Assembly: GCA_964016885.1 (NCBI GenBank)
Contig: OZ024743.1
Span: 301,134,001 to 301,198,000, forward strand
Direction: 5' to 3'
Origin: Eledone cirrhosa
Taxonomy: Eukaryota
DNA length: 64,000 nt
The notes beneath the pieces are model-generated. The model was not told the DNA's origin. It was given only the letters and a program-made list of their open reading frames with translations, and made no database searches. Both the position numbers and the translations under genes were made by a program. The first letter of the stretch is position 1; each line of letters begins with the position of its first letter. This document shows, in pieces, positions 61,461 through 64,000 of the stretch.

Positions 61461-62524
61461 TATGAATAGGTTAGGGTATAGAAATAATATCGAGAAGAAA
61501 TGTAACTCTAGAAGAAAGTCAGAATGTCCCTTACAAAATTACTGCCTGAGCAAGAATATAGTATATATTTACACCATTAAGACAAGTAATAATATATACA
61601 ACTTGATTGGTGCGACTCCATCTGAGTTTAAACTTCATTAGGAACAATCATAAAAATTCCTTTTCGGAACCAGACAAAACATCTTCAATTTCACTCTCTC
61701 AATTTATATGGTATTTGATGGATAAGGATATTAAATACTCCATCGCTTGGACACGGCTAAAATATGCCAATGCCTATCGGAACGCTTCCATTTTGCCAAA
61801 TTGCAATCTTTGCAATCTTGAGACTCTATTGATAGTTAAAATTACGACAATTTAATTATTAGAAAAAATCTTACCCGACTCTATAATCGGCAGCACGACG
61901 GACCCTTTAAAATGCTATTAGAAAATGAATACATGCCATATGATAAAGACAGAAGTTCATATGTTGGTGAATATGGGTTGTTTGGTGGAACGGATCATAG
62001 TGATGTTTTTGACTGTGGTGTATGTGGGGGTGGATGTGATGATATTGTGTTGGTGACGGTCGTTGGCTGGGATGCGCTGTGGTGTGGGGGTGGTGGATTT
62101 ACATTCGCCTGTAGTGTATTTTGGGGTGGGTGTGATGATGACGGTGACGGTCGCTGGCTGGGATGGGTTGTGTGGTGTGGGGGTAGTGGGTTGTCGATAG
62201 ACAGGTTGCGTATATCTGTGGTTGATTAATGTGTGTGGTGTTGTTGTTTATGGTAATTGAGCTTATAGTGGTGTGGTGGATGGGTTGGTGGTGTCAAATC
62301 AATGGGGAGATACATACCTGGATACTGTTAGTCTGACAGACACGTTGTATACATATACATACGTATACATACTGACATATATACACCCATGCACCCATAT
62401 ACACACACATACATACGTACACGTACCGTCACACATACTCATATCCATACATACACATACATACACACACACATATATATACACCTATATATATACACAC
62501 ACACACATGTATATATACATATAA

Positions 62525-63618
<1,094 letters not shown>

Positions 63619-64000
63619 TACATATGTATATACACATACACATACATACACACGCGCACACACATATATGTATGTTCGCTTGTGTATATATATATATATA
63701 GAGAGAGAGGGGGTGTGCAGTGTCATTTGGAGAGTGGGGCGTAGTACATAGATAGAGGGCAGGTGGGGGCTAATGAAGATGGTGGTGTGCATATAAATAT
63801 ACTTATACACATACACACACACTTGCGATGGTTCGTGAAGGTATGTGTTGGCGACGTTAATCATGTTAATGATTGTTGAGGTATGGAGTTGTCCCATGTG
63901 GTGGTGGGGGTGCAGTTGTGGGGGACTAAATATATACAGGATCGAATATTACGATGGGTTACAGGTTAAAAAAAGTGACATAGGGAACACGGGGAAAAAA

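Larger units (their letters stand above)
60869..61870 (+). mobile_element. Right (inverted) arm of the PLE at 53180-54869, interrupted by two SINEs
   Basis: IIWYAPP at ~60930. 61462-61870 is the reverse complement of 54470-54869. Confidence 0.75.

Overview
Eukaryotic, very AT-rich, gene-free window. I found no credible host exon. The (TA)n/(CA)n density and the SINE/LINE content suggest an invertebrate, probably an octopus-like cephalopod (inference). Nearly all identifiable sequence is retroelement-derived. (i) Many families of Penelope-like elements (PLEs; RT plus C-terminal GIY-YIG endonuclease) sit in (TA)n tracts as asymmetric fold-backs, including a nested ~10-kb palindrome at 36.5-46.5 kb. 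(ii) RTE, CR1/L2, L1/Tx1 and R4/Dong-type LINE fragments. (iii) tRNA-headed SINEs. (iv) A Helentron/HINE-like non-autonomous element. Reading the non-coding parts by eye shows roughly 20 type I hammerhead ribozyme (HHR) motifs, intact or degenerate, from more than ten unrelated repeat families. Three stand out: HHRs with 70-90 nt insertions in stem II, a non-coding ~490-500 bp tandem repeat with one HHR per unit (retrozyme-like), and a shared motif in the unpaired tail of the fold-backs. Most ORFs in the supplied track are microsatellite artefacts. Coordinates were read by eye and may be off by a few to tens of bases. Clade names come from motif recognition, not database searches.
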